A stretch of DNA of 64,000 nt, taken from the NCBI GenBank assembly GCA_964016885.1, contig OZ024740.1, forward strand, positions 124,372,001 through 124,436,000, given 5' to 3'. Each line of letters starts with the position of its first letter. Position 1 is the stretch's first letter. A program made the position numbers and the translations under genes. A model generated the notes under the pieces. The model did no database searches. It was not told the DNA's origin and worked only from the letters and a program-made list of their open reading frames with translations. This document shows, in pieces, positions 50,481-63,960 of the stretch. This stretch comes from Eledone cirrhosa. Its lineage: Eukaryota.

Positions 50481-51677
50481 TTTTTTTTAATATGATAAAT
50501 TAAAATTGAAAAGAGAATTTGTATCTATTTTAGCAATGAACAAATGTATGACTCTTTCTATTATTGAAGACAATAATGATGATAACGATGATTATGATAA
50601 TGTAAATGATATCATAGATTTACTTTTAACTTTGACTGTCTTTTGTATTTTGAACATATTTCTTGGTATAACTAATCTTTTCTTTTTTAAATTTCATTCG
50701 TTTAGCTGCAAACTGTTTTCTCGTGCTTTTTATCTTGCTAATCAATTTTTCTGGAGCTTACAAGTTTTATAATCCAATGGCTTCTTAAAGAATATTTGTA
50801 AAGGATCTTAATCTCATAGTTTACTATTCTGTCTGCTTCTTTGTATCACTATCAAATGTTTCTGAAGAAAATTAGATTACCCAAATATATCATCATTTAA
50901 TTATTTTCTAAAACGTGAAAATTAATTACATCTGGATTACTTTATATACTTCATGTTGACTACAGCAATAATGAAAATTACTTTTCAGGTTTTATCCTTT
51001 CAAAGGTCGATAAAATAAAGTAATAGTCTAGGGCAGTAGATTCATAAAATTATTAGAACATCAGTCTAGATATTTTGCAGGCATTTGTTCTGGATCTTTG
51101 CATACTGAGTTTAAATCCTGCTCTTGCTTACTACCTGTATGGTAAACTTAATCTGTCATACAAATTTAACACTACCAGTTATCTATTGGATACCTTTAAT
51201 AGAGTCAACTGAGTTGCAAGCATTTGGGTCAAGTTTTACTCTTTGAGGCTCAGAAAATGGCTGTCTTTATTAATTTCCTCACTGAATAAAGAGTAAAAAG
51301 AAATAGATATGGAGGTGATAGAGGTTTGAGTTTTGACAGCTATAGTGACAACTCTAGACATGATATGGTCTTATTTGACAACTCAGTGAAGCAGAGTCCT
51401 TTCAAAGCAGCCAAGAACTTAGAATGACCAATAGCTATAGTATTTTATGTGAAGCTAGAAGAGAAATCATTGAAAATGACAATTATTTTATTTAATAATT
51501 CCTTGGCATTCTGCGTAAATATGCTTCAATCCTCGATTTTCCTTGACCTTCTTCCTCCTGTCACTCTCGTCATTGCCATATTTCATTTTACAATCAATTA
51601 ACCCAATTGCAATAATTTTCTTCCATTTGCTTTAATCATTATCAAACATGTATATACTAAATTACAATTACTGTGAT

Positions 51678-51850
51678 CTACCTACCCACCTACCTACTTA
51701 CATACCTACCTACCCACCTACCTATCTACCTACCTACTTACAAACCTACCTACCCACCATCCTATCTACCTACCTACTTACATACCTACCTACACACCTA
51801 CCTATGTACCTACCTACCTAACCACCTACCTATTGGCCTACCTACTACCC
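51678..51850. repeat. (CTAC)n degenerate microsatellite
   Basis: Read directly from the sequence. Confidence 0.95.
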
Positions 51851-52200
51851 TGTTGTTATTATAGAACACCCCACTCAATTTCAGTGGGAAAAGAAATTTT
51901 TCAAATAAACTAACCTCCAAAATACTGGCAATCAAATTTTTTCATGGAGAGGGGGGGGGGGGGATCCCCTCGGATAACACCCCTTCCTCGGAGTTTTCTT
52001 TACAATTTGTTTTCGTGTATTCAACGAATAGGATCTCCAAACCAGCCAGAAATGATTGTAGAAAAAGGACGTTGGGGAAAGGGGTCAAAAAGAACATCAA
52101 AGTTTTTCAGATCTACACACCTCCCATGCTTGGTGGGAAATAATCTTTCCTCCCCTTTTTCTAGACCTTTTAGATGCTTGTAATAGCATTTTTTCTTTGA

Positions 52201-52593
52201 TTGGGTTTAGGGTTTGGGTTGAGGTTAGGTTTAGGTTTAGGGTTAGGGTTGAGGTTAGGTTTAGGTTTAGGGTTAGGGTTTGAGGTTAGGTTTAGGTTTA
52301 GGGTTAGGGTTGAGGTTAGGTTTAGGGTTAGGGTTGAGGTTAGGTTTAGGTTTAGGGTTAGGGTTCAGGTTAGGGTTAGGGTTCAGGTTAGCTTTAGGTT
52401 TAGCGTTTGGGTTGAGGTTAGGTTTAGGTTTAGGGGTAGGGTTGAGGTTAGGTTTAGGTTTAGGGTTAGGGTTGAGGTTAGGTTTAGGTTTAGGTTTAGG
52501 GTTGAGGTTAGGTTTAGGTTTAGGGTTAGGGTTGAGGTTAGGTTTAGTGTTAGGTTGAGGTTAGGTTTAGGGTTTAGGGTTAGGTTTAGGTTT
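52201..52593 (+). repeat. Interstitial telomere-like array (TTAGGG / TTAGGT / TTGAGG variants)
   Basis: Read directly from the sequence. A higher-order unit gttgaggttaggtttaggtttagggttagg recurs. Confidence 0.92.
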
Positions 52594-53631
52594 ACAGTTT
52601 CCGTTTTCTGGGAAAAAAATTGATTGCAAGCTTCTAAGAGATCCAGAAAAAATAAAAAAAAGATAATTATTCCTCACCAAATGTGAAAAGTGTGTTATTG
52701 CCATTTGTGGTTTGTTGTTGCTCTCATAAAAAAATAGATACTTCGATCAGGGAAGTAGATAGGCAGGTAGATTGATGGATAGACAGAGAGTAGATAGGCA
52801 GAATGATAGATAGATATATAAACAAATAGCTAGCTAGCTAGTTAGATAGATAGATTGTTTTTATTTCTTAAGATAGATAGTTAAATATTAGCAACAGTTG
52901 ACCCCTGATCTGCTTGTCAACACTATTAGAGAGATAGCTAGGACATGAGAAATATATCAAATTACCGTTTCCCTGTCAAAATTAACACAAGAGTCCTTTG
53001 CTAAACACTTCTTGCTTTCTTATAATCTTGTCATGCCATCCCTTTTTTTTGCTCCCAAAAATATTATATGTACAGACAAGGTGTTTACATGTGCCTATAT
53101 ATAGTGTTTCGATAACATTCTATAGATATATTTATGGCATATTATGATACAGTATTGAAACAAAACACTGCAATTTATTAATAAGTCTAGCTGTCAAACA
53201 TATGTTATACATGTAAATCGATCTGTAGAGTTTATTAATGCATTTAGTAATAATGGGTTTATAAGCATTATCTCTGAGTACAGTTTAACATGGGTACTCA
53301 GTAACTGATGAATTTTCCACACAGGATTGAAACTATTCTATCTGATCTCTCTATATACAGTGATTTTACATCTGTGTAAATATACAGTGTTGGTTAAAAA
53401 TATATAGATATATTCTGTAGTACAAAATAAAAGGAAATGGTTGAGAGATATAAGGTTACTAGAATGGGTAGATAGTGATTACATATAAGCTGCCATATAA
53501 ACCAATCCCATATAATGCCATTTTTATACACATAAATTTCTGATGAATTTTGAAATGGAGGAGGATGTGAAGTTTGATGTTATAATGTTTAATCCTAAGG
53601 CATTATGTATGTAAGAAGAGGTGGATTGTAA

Positions 53632-53823
53632 GGGCGGTGGATTGGGAGTATCGGTAGAGGGTCGGACGCCATGCTTTCCAGCATAGTTACGTCCCTTTAC
53701 GATCTGAGTTCAAATCCCGCCGAGGTTGACTTTGCCTTTCATCCTTACGGGGTCGATAAAATAAAGTACCAGTAATGCACTGGGTAATTTCTGGCCTTGT
53801 GCCTAAAGTAGAAACAAGTATAA
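53632..53823 (+). mobile_element. SINE family 1 (reference copy)
   Basis: tRNA-like head with B-box GAGTTCAAATCC and central GCCTTTCATCCTTACGGGGTCGATAAAATAAAGTACCAG. Confidence 0.92.
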
Positions 53824-54039
53824 TATCAAAAACATGGATTTAAAAGAGCTCTGTATATTTGGTTTACATTGTAAATATAGTTAATGGAATTTACTAAACA
53901 TAGCTGAGAGTTATGTAAAATTATGAAAAGTGAATATCAATATCTATTCTAAATTAAATGCTTGAAACAATTTTGTCACAGCTTGTTATTTCGAAAGTAT
54001 GAATATAATATACTTACTATTAACTATTAAGATAATATT

Positions 54040-54620
54040 AAAATTATGGTTTCTGATTTAGGCACATGGCCAACAGTTTTGGGGGTAGGCAAAACCATTT
54101 AAAACAAACCCAGAGCAATACTGGTACTTTATGTTATCGACCCCATAAGGATAAAAGGCAAAGCTAACCGTAGCAGGATTTGAACTCAGAACATAAAGGG
54201 ATGTAACTATATGCCACAAACCATGTTGTCTGGTGCTCTATTAATAGAATGATGATAATGGTTTCTAATTTTGACAAAAGACCAGCAATTTTGTGGGAAT
54301 GGGAAAATTGAATAAATAGACTTCAGTATTTTACTGGTACTTTATTTTATTGACCATAGAAGGATGAAAAACACAGTTGAACTTAGAACATTAAGAGTCA
54401 GAACAAATGCTGCAAACTATATCTTCTGATGCTTTAATGATTCTGCCAATTCAACACCCTAATAACAATAATGCTAATAATGGTTTCTGATTGAAGCACA
54501 AGGCCACTAATTTTGGGGAGTCAATTAAACCAACTCCAGTATGTTACTGGTGTTTTAATCAATCAACTCCCTAAGAATGAAAGATTAAACTAACCTCAGT
54601 CGGATTTGAAATGAGTACGT
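54040..54620 (-). mobile_element. Three head-to-tail SINE-1 copies
   Basis: Repeated aatggtttct..ggc..actggt..gatgaaa units. Confidence 0.8.
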
Positions 54621-55399
54621 ATATCAACAGTTTTATCCATAATTATGTATTACATTTAAGATGGCAAAAATACTCTTTGGAAATTTCCCACTATAGAACT
54701 ATATGCCAGCAAAATATAACTATGAGCGTATCAATTATTAATATTTCTTATTAATTAAAACTCAATTGTTTTCTCACTATTACTTTTATATAATAAAAGA
54801 TATGTATCTTCTTTATATATTCAACAATTTATTCATGTTTTCTTTATCTCATTTTAGAGTTTACAAAGTTTTGAGGTCTACTAATATTCATGAACTGACT
54901 ATTTGATGGAAAACATATTTCCTTCATTGAAGATTAATAGATCTGGTCTCATACATTATGGGCCAATAGAATAGGTGTAATAAGCAATAGATTAAATTCC
55001 TGTTTGAATTCTATTAAATATTAGATTTTATTCTCCAATTGAATTTTTCTGACATTAAATAAGATACCATACAAAAGAGTTTTCAGATTTCTTTTTTCAT
55101 TAAATATTGATTTCAAATATTTAAGTTATTTGGTAAATATTACTTCATAAACATCATATATATATATACACTATTGGTTGGCTTGATGCATAGAACAAGT
55201 AGACCAGTATTCAAATAGAGCTCAAAGCATGATGTTTAAATGAATGAAAGCATAAACACAACAGCTGAGTATAAATATTGTATCTTTTATTAGTGCCATT
55301 CCGTCGCTTTCAATGTTGCATAATATATTTTCAATGGAAGAAGATTTTTGTAAAAGAAGACATGTATGGGTACTTTTACAAATTACTTGCATGTATATG

Positions 55400-55442
<43 letters not shown>

Positions 55443-55640
55443 TCATCACCATTTACCATCGATTTTTCATTCGTGCTTGGGTTAGAAGCCTGTCACGTGC
55501 TAAGATCAAACTGGCCAGGTTACTAGGTCCTGCTTGTATGTTTTAATTTGGGTTGGTTTCTATGGGTGGATAATCTTCCTAACACTGACTACTTTACAGC
55601 ATATACTTGGTGCTACAGTATATCTATATATCCCCCCTCC

Positions 55641-55683
<43 letters not shown>

Positions 55684-55944
55684 CATACTATTGAATTAAT
55701 ATTGATATACAAAATATCAACTAACTGTACCATAACCACTCAATGTAAATTTGGTGTGAAACTACCAAAAACAGGGCATACACATAAATGATAATGTTAT
55801 AGGTACAATAGATTTAATATCTTGCAAATAAATAACATAGAATCAAGCAGAACGTTAAAAATATTACTTGAATTATTTAGCAATATATAGTTCTACTACA
55901 ATCCTACACAACGTTGTTTTGGGTCTGAAGAAAACGGAACAATT

Positions 55945-56100
55945 CTGCTGAGCTTCTCTGCAAGATCGTAACGTTGGTAGCCCGTCTGATGAAAGAACCC
56001 TGTGAGATGAGGGGGCTGTTGCAACAGGTGTCACTGGCCATTCTCCAGGGAAATGCTTTTGCAGTCTTATCAGTGGGGCACAGCCCCAACACTGCTGTGC
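55945..56100 (+). mobile_element. Second CRE-clade C-terminal fragment
   Basis: Manual translation EPCEMRGLLQQVSLAILQGNAFAVL, similar to 12440-12760. Confidence 0.6.
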
Positions 56101-56494
56101 CATAGGCCCAGATCCCATCACCCTCCCATTCTTCCTTTTCCATTTTTAAATATTAATAAAGTTAGTAACTTGAAAAAAAATTACCATTATCAAATGGATA
56201 AATAGTAATGTAAAGTAACCAACCCTCATCAGTATGTAATTCATCTTATTAAGGTTAACTTTGCCTTTCATCCTTACAGGGTCGATAAAATAAAGTACCA
56301 ATAATGCACTGGGACAATTAATTAGAAAGGAGAACAATGGAGATTACATTGACTCCAGTGTTAATTCATATCATTGATCCTAGAAGGAATAAAGGCATAT
56401 TAGACATTGGAGGGAGTTGATCTCAGAATGTACAGAGCCAGAACAAATACCAACAGGAAATTGTCTGTAAAAATTCTGACAAACACTGCTCTTA

Positions 56495-57410
56495 ATATAA
56501 TAATAATTGTTTTTACTTTAGGCACAAGGCCAGCAATTACCCAGTGCATTACTGGTACTTTATTTTATCGACCCCGTAAGGATGAAAGGCAAAGTAAATG
56601 GTTTCTTATTTAGGCACAAAGTAAACAATTTGGCAGAAGAGAAAAATCTATTGTTTTTTATCTCAGTTTGTTGAGTACTTTATTTTATTTACCCTGTAAG
56701 GATAAAAGATATAGCTAAACTTGGCAGAATTTGAACCTATAACATAATGGGATGTAACTATATGCTGCAAAGCATGGTGTCTGACACTACTTCCAATCCA
56801 CCGACCTTGATATATAAAAAATAACAATGAGATCAATAATAAAAATAATAATTGTTTCTACTTTTAGGCACACGGCCAGCAATATAAAAGGAAGAGGAAA
56901 GTCAATTAAATCAACCCCAGTACTTACTGGAACTTTATTTTATCAACCACCTAAGGATGAAAGGCAAAGCTAACCTCCGTGGAATTTGAAATCAGCACAT
57001 AAAGGGCCGTAACTCTATGCTACGAAGCATGGTGTCCAAAGCCATACCGATTCTATTGATAATCCACTGCCCTTAATATAATAATTGTTTCTACTTTTGG
57101 CACAAGGCCAGCAATTACCCAGTGCATTATCGACCCCGTAAGGATGAAAGGCAAAGTTAACCTCGACAGGAATAATGGTTTCTTATATAGGGACAAGGCC
57201 ACCAATTTTGGAGGAGGGGAAAGTCGATTAAATCGATTCCAGTGCATGACTGGTACTTTATTTTATCGACCATGTAAGGATGAAAGGCAACTTTAGCCTC
57301 GGTGGGATTTGAACTTAGATCATAATGGGCCGTAACTCTATGATGCAAAGCTTGGTGTCCGACCCTTTACTGATACTGCCAATCCAACACCCTTAATATA
57401 ATAATAATAA
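56495..57410 (-). mobile_element. Tandem array of about five SINE-1 copies joined by (AAT)n
   Basis: Repeated aataattgtttctacttt..ggcacaaggcc..gatgaaaggcaaag units. Confidence 0.85.
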
Positions 57411-57496
57411 CAACAACAACAAGAAAAATAATAATCTTTTTCTTTATTCGCCCCAAAGATAGCAGTACACGTGTGATATGTTCATTATTTAAACTT

Positions 57497-57682
57497 GGGC
57501 GGTGAATTGGCAGTTTCGGTAGAGGGTCGGACATGCTTTCCAGCATAGTTACGTCCCTTTATGATCTGAGTTCAAATCCCGCCGAGGTTAACTTTGCCTT
57601 TCATCCATACAGAGGTCGATAAAATAAAGTACCAGTAATGTACTGGGTAATTGCTGGCCTTGTGCCAAATGTAGAAACAATT
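57497..57682 (+). mobile_element. SINE family 1 with target-site duplication
   Basis: attatttaaacttggg is present on both flanks. Confidence 0.92.
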
Positions 57683-59126
57683 ATTTAAACTTGGGATGAT
57701 CAACTATTTTTCCATATAATTTCTTTTATCAATACATTTATGGTTTTCATCAGTTCATAGATTTTATAACCTAACTTGTCTGCAATCCTCCTGTCTAGTC
57801 TATCACTAATTCTTTGGCTCACCTCCCCTACTCTCTCTCTCTCTCTCTCTCTATCCCCCCTCTCTATCTCGCTCTCTCTCAATATTTCCCTCTCTCTATC
57901 TATCTGTATTTCTCTGTTTCTCTTCCTCTTTGTTACTTTCTCCTCTTTTTATTTTATCAGCAATTTTTAATTCTGTTTTAATCAATATTATAATGAAAAT
58001 TGTTAATAATTTACTTCTAATTTAATCTTTCTCATAAATTTCGTTTATTTAATGACTCTATGTTTATATCTGATTAAAAGGACAAGCCCCAAACAGCTGC
58101 TTATTGTCAAGAGACTGCAGAGCTTAGTTAGAGTAGTGATCTAGATTATTAAAGATTGTAATGCAAAAAAGATAAAATTGATTAGTTTGTCTGTTAATTC
58201 CTAGTGACCAGAAAGGTGAGCTTGTTTATATTTCAGAACAAGTGTTATAAAAGACCTTCACTTAAAAAAAAAGAAAAAAAATTCTATTACTCTTGATTCT
58301 GGGGTCATGTATTGAGGGGTGGGAGGGAAAGTGGTTGGGTAAGAAAATTGATGGAAATTAATGTGGTAGGAAAATTGAGGAAGGCAAAAACCAAGAGACA
58401 CATGACTAAAGATGATGGTGAAATAGAATGAAAGCCAAGGATTTCCTGAGGAGTGATGCAGACATTAGGCAAAAATTAAGAACTTATCATTGAAGACTTC
58501 ACAGGGACAATCCCTGATTTAGCAGGGAAATGACATTAAAAAGCTTGTTGTTGATCTTTGGTGAAATAACGCAAGTAGTTTTTTTTCTGATTCGTGGTTT
58601 TTGCCCAAGAAACAATACAACAGATGAGGATGACAGGGAAAAACAGAGCTTTTCATCTTTGAATGAAAACATTATCAATTTCTTCAAGTCTCATTTGATG
58701 AAAACACATAAAGATAGGTAAATAGGTTTCAGATAATCTTCAGTATCACTTGAACATAGATATGAGAAAATTTAGGTGGCCTAATCATCCCTGGGTGGAT
58801 GCCAACATTTTGTATCATTTTCACACATCTGTGTGTGCTTATATATCATCATCATAGATATTATGTTCACTTTTCTATGCTGGCATATGCTGGAAAAGAT
58901 ATTATTCTACATCCAGATGCCATTCCTGAGTCCAAGCGTTATTTTTTTTCACAGAATGTTGTAACTGCTAAGCTGAGAGATATATTGCTTATGCAGGACC
59001 TAAAATCCCTAACAGCTGTCTAAGTAGTGTCAGCGCAAAGATATGCAGGGACAAACACACACACTCACACACTTACACACATAGAGGATGGTTATTGCGA
59101 CAGGAATTTGATGGTAAACATGAGTG

Positions 59127-59330
59127 GAAGAAGAAGAAGAAGAAGAAGAAGAAGAAGAAGAAGAAGAAGAAGAAGAAGAAGAAGAAGAAGAAGAAGAAGA
59201 AGAAGAAGAAGAAGAAGAAGAAGAAGAAGAAGAAGAAGAAGAAGAAGAAGAAGAAGAAGAAGGAGGAGGAGGAGGAGGAGGAGGAGGAGGAGGAGAAGAA
59301 GAAGAAGAAGAAGAAGAAGAAGAAGAAGAA
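59127..59330. repeat. (GAA)n/(GGA)n microsatellite
   Basis: Read directly from the sequence. Confidence 0.98.
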
Positions 59331-59397
59331 CCTTTCAAGCAAAAGAAATAATCACAAAAGCCTCTGAGTTCTTGATTCTATTGAATCAGCTACTTTA

Positions 59398-60095
59398 TAA
59401 GTAATAGTCAATTGTGTTTATTGGAGTGTGAAGAATCTTAATGTGCATATATTTTATGGCTTGTTTTCTTGGCTGAACATGAATGTGAAGTTGAAAATAG
59501 CATGTTCTGATTAAATTGCTTATTTTAAAGAGTGGCAAAGGGGAGCAGAGTTGTTTATTATTGACATGAAGAATGGTGTTTTGAGACACACAAATCTTCA
59601 GATACATACATGCTTATTTATGTATATGCACACACATATGCATTCATACAAACATATATATATATATATGCATACACATATGCAATCACATATGAATATG
59701 AGTGTGTGTACATGCATATACTAAATGTATGTGTTATGCGTGTGTGTGTATATATATATGTGTAAATTAGGGGAACACAATACATGTTACATGTATGGGC
59801 ATTTAAATATATATATGCACACACCCACATATATGTACACACACACACATATATATGTATACACACACACATATATATATATATATATATTGTGGTGGGG
59901 GTGTCAGTGCATTCACCTCAAAACACCATTCTTCAACATGATAGGCAACTCTCCACACTTTCCATTAGAATAAGCAGTCAATCAGAACATGCTATTAACA
60001 ACTTATATTCAATTTCATCAAGAAAATAAGTCATATAATACATACATATTGAAATCATTTACACTCCAATAAACACAATTGACTTTCACTTATGA
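59398..60095. repeat. Diverged inverted repeat (59398-59586 / 59916-60095) around a TA/CA microsatellite
   Basis: ctcaaaacaccattcttca, aatcagaacatgctatt and acactccaataaacacaattgact are shared in inverse orientation. Confidence 0.85.
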
Positions 60096-60584
60096 AGTCT
60101 ATGGTTTTGTATATGTTTATATTTATGATATGGTCCTCAACTAGGAAAACCTTAAGGAGTTAAAAGAATCACAAATATCTTGGTAAAATAACATTTTAAC
60201 AAGATAGATGTTTTCTAAGGAGCTTAGTGAAATAACTCATGCTTTAGAGTAACTTTTAGGAAAACGATTCAGATATTGAACAATATACAGAAAGAAAAAA
60301 AATTGTAAGAGAAAATCTGGTTTTTACATGGGGAAGAACAAACTTGTAAGAAACTAAAACCAAAAATAACTTGATGTATGTTTTTTCTATAAAAATGAAA
60401 ATCTAGCATCAGGTCTACCTTATTTCATTTTTATTGTTTCATATATTTACTTGTAAAATAAATATATGAAACAATAATAAGTATATTTACATCTTGCATA
60501 CTGTATAAGGCAAAATATTACAGCAGGATGACCTTCCTGTTGCTAATTCATTTAGTCATCTCTTATGACATGCAGGGTACATAC

Positions 60585-61030
60585 AAAAGGAAGGCAGTAT
60601 GATGCATGGTAGTGAAACATGGGCTATGACTGCTGGGGACATACATAGACTGAAGGGAAATGAAGCAACCATGCTTCTTTGGAAGTGCAATGTAATTGTG
60701 AGAGAAAGGCAGAGATTATACGAGCTGAGGATGAAGCTGAGTTTAAGAAGAATCCGAGGTGATGTGCTGGAAAGAAGACTGTGTTGGTATAGACATGTGA
60801 TATGCATGGACAATGACCGATGGATGAAAAATGTCAGGAAATCCCAGTGGAGAGATGCCACAGTAGAGGACAACCAAGAAAGACCTGGGCCAAGGTTATG
60901 AGAGCTGACCTCAAATTGCTAAAACTGGCAGAAGGGATGACAAAGGAACGTGACAAGGTGGCAAGGGGAGAGATGCTGTGATGAGAAGGACCCATCCAAA
61001 CTATGCAAGCATAGAAAAGCAGAGGTAAAA
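60585..61030 (+). mobile_element. Older RTE (C-like) 3' fragment
   Basis: ORF 60599..60901 (HGSETW..RRLCWYRHV). Confidence 0.85.
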
Positions 61031-61039
61031 ACATTTGTC

Positions 61040-61310
61040 TGTTGTGCAACAAGCAAACCACTTGGAAATTTGTCAAGAATCGCTAGAAAGACTTGAAATT
61101 GAGCTAAATTTCTTGGGTGAAGAAATAACAGGAGATGAATCAGGGGTATTTAAGTATGATCCAGAGACAAAATGTCAAAATGAAGATTGGCACACAAAAA
61201 ATTCTTCTCATCCAAAGAAATCAGGCATGAACAGATCCAGAGTAAAACTGATGGTATTATTCACAAAGAATTTTTACCTCCAGGACAGACAGTTAATCAC
61301 ACATTTGGAG
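61040..61310 (+). mobile_element. Mariner transposase fragment
   Basis: ITGDESGVFKYDPETKCQ..W..PKK, and HKEFLPPGQTVN in a second frame. Confidence 0.85.
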
Positions 61311-62422
61311 AGATCACTTACTACTTTGTTTTCAGCGCAATATCCTCCATTGCTAATTACATCACATAAATAACAGAAACTATTAACTTTTTCTAAGCTA
61401 CATTCCCAGGATTGGAAGAGGTTACCACTGCACATCTCCACATGCAATGGCTATTTATTCTGTTAATCAGCATACTATCCTATTATACTATTAGTGTAAT
61501 CAAACATCACATTGTGTGCAGTGTATAAAGTTTCTATCTACAAAGCAAAGATACTTCCCTAATGGAATCAGTGTTTTGTCCCCTTCTCTGCTTACTAAAA
61601 CTTTTACTATGTTTATTATGAGCCATTTTGATTCTAAGTTCTGTTTCCACAACAGGAATTTCTTCTCAGATTCAACTAGAGGAACCAGAAGTTAATGAAC
61701 AGCCAGATTTAATCTCTTCTGTTAAGGCTTGGAGAACCTTTAAAACAGGACAGGGCTAAGGAGAATACACACATATATCTTTGTATGTAGACACATATAT
61801 ATACAAAGATACAAACACATACACACTCGTCTTTGGAAAGAGGGTGAGGGGAAGTGTAAAGTAGTAAAGATAATGTATAAAAAAACAGATAGACAGAAAG
61901 AAAAAAAGAAAGAAAGAAAGGAAAATAGATACAAAATAAGAATTTTTTTCTGCTGACCTGTATAATCTGAGTGACAATTCAGTGCAAGAAATCTGTACCA
62001 AAATTCATCAAATATATTCCTGTGTTGGTCGATTAAAGATAATAGTGTAAGACATCCTATTAACACTGTCATGTTTACAAACCCTCATGGGTCATCAAAT
62101 GAGGTTTACACAAGTTGAATTTCAATTTATAACTTAGAAGGGAAAAAATCTAGTATGTTGTGTACTATTCCGAATATTCATAATTAGATTTTTATCAATG
62201 TTGATGTTTAATCTGATAATTTCGGCTTGTATCTCTACAATAGTTGCTGATATATATATATATGTATATATGTGTGTGTGTATGTGTAGGTGTGAAACAG
62301 AGGCACATTTATATATGCAACCACACATTCAAATATATCTTATTTTCTGTTGATTCACCACTCTTGTTATATTACCTCCATGCACCAGAAATCTCTCGCC
62401 ACCTCTCTTGCTCTCTTTGCAT

Positions 62423-62862
62423 ATCATCATCATCATCATCATCAACGTTTAACGTCCGTGTTCCACGCTTGCATGGGTTTGGACGGGGGTAGTCCCACTT
62501 GAGGCAAGAGTGATTGTCTTGCTCGCATAGGACTGTCTGGCAGGTTTTCTACAGTTGGATGCCCTTCCTAACGCCAACCACATTTACAGTGTGGGTCTGG
62601 GAGGTTTTTACCGTGTTGCCTACACGGCCACATTACAGCGTGGACTGTGTGTTTTTTTGTCGTGACACCTACACGATCTCATTTGTTTCGGCCTCGATGG
62701 CGCGGCACCAACATAACTTTACATAGAACGGGGTGGTGTGGATCGGGTGGGGGTGGTGGGACGGGGTGTATTTGTTAGAGATGCCTACTGGCTGGAGTAG
62801 GTTTTACTATATATTTAGGTAAGGCGGGTCTTCTCTGTTACTGAGTACCGCCAAAGGTCTCG
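62423..62862 (-). mobile_element. RTE-A 3' end
   Basis: Near-identical to 42402-42948 but without the internal duplication. Ends in (TA)n. Confidence 0.9.
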
Positions 62863-63099
62863 ATATATATATTTACAAGATGATGATGTGAGTTTGTGTA
62901 ATGCCTTTCCTATGGGAATTAATGACCTTAAGAAAAGTAAAATGCCTCCAACAGGAAAACTGCTCGGGGTCACAAAAACTCCTCATTGACATAAAGCAAG
63001 GTCACACATCATATATTATTGAATATAATGGGATGGTTTGTGACATTGATACCCTTCCCCATAACAGTGCTATTTTATGCTATGAATGTAATCAATAAA

Positions 63100-63960
63100 C
63101 AAATATACTTCGATTTCCAGTACTTGACTAGAATTTTTCACATATGTAGTAAACCTGATCAGCTCAGGCTTCTGCCACCTACTGGTACCATGTAACCATG
63201 CTTCATGGTTGAATGGTCATCTTTCGCACCAGACACTACTCTGTTAAGGAGGGTAAGTAGAAGCCCAGCATCACAAAACTCAAGAGATGTTAAAAGGGTA
63301 GATGAACTCCTCAGAATCAATGGCCAGCCACCCCAACTGTGGGTTAAATAGCTTCACCAACCTGCAATTGGCCAAGTGTAGGTGTATGGCTACACCCTAG
63401 ACATGATACAACCAAACAGAATGCAATGGAGGTCAACCAGGGAGAGGTTCTTTCAATGAATGTGGTCACCGATCTGTCCAGTTCGGTTGTCGACCAGCAT
63501 ATCAGGAAAAGAATTATACATTTTCTATACATTTTGTATGAGGAGAACATGTTTTGCATCAGCAAAACATACCCTTTTAAGAAAACCCACTGTACTAATA
63601 GGAAATGTATTATATGTAAAGTAAATATCCAGATGAACTGTAAAACTAGAAATGTAGTCTATAGTATAAGATGTACATAGGGTAGTTGCAGAAACATGAC
63701 AACAACATACATAGGCGAGACAGCTCGAAGCATAGGAGAAAGGATAGAGCAACACTGGGGGTAATTAAAAGGACAAAAAAAGGTTCAGTACTATACACAC
63801 ATGCCAAACAACAACTTGACGGTAACATAGACAACATAGAAATTAAAATAATATCTAAACATAAAAATAACCCAGCAGTAGACAAATCAGAGAGGCAAGC
63901 AAGATAGAACTTAGAAAGCCAAAGCTAAACAGAAAAAAATGAATGGAATAACAACACCCA
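63100..63960 (+). mobile_element. Neptune-like PLE fragment (thumb, Zn-finger linker, GIY-YIG); decayed
   Basis: LLRINGQP; CTNRKCIIC..NCKTRNVVYSIRCT..C..YIGETARSIGERIEQH; SVLYTH; PKLNRKNEW. Confidence 0.85.

Noticed and set aside
52201-52623. LG/RV-repeat ORFs, and the possibility of a chromosome end
   Set aside because: The ORFs are translations of the telomere-like array, which is degenerate and internal.
56495-57410. Repeat-spacer appearance suggesting CRISPR
   Set aside because: The units are SINE copies in eukaryotic DNA, and there are no cas genes.
58430-58721. ORF 58530..58721 ending at AG|GTAAAT
   Set aside because: No clear acceptor or recognisable homology, and upstream in-frame stops.
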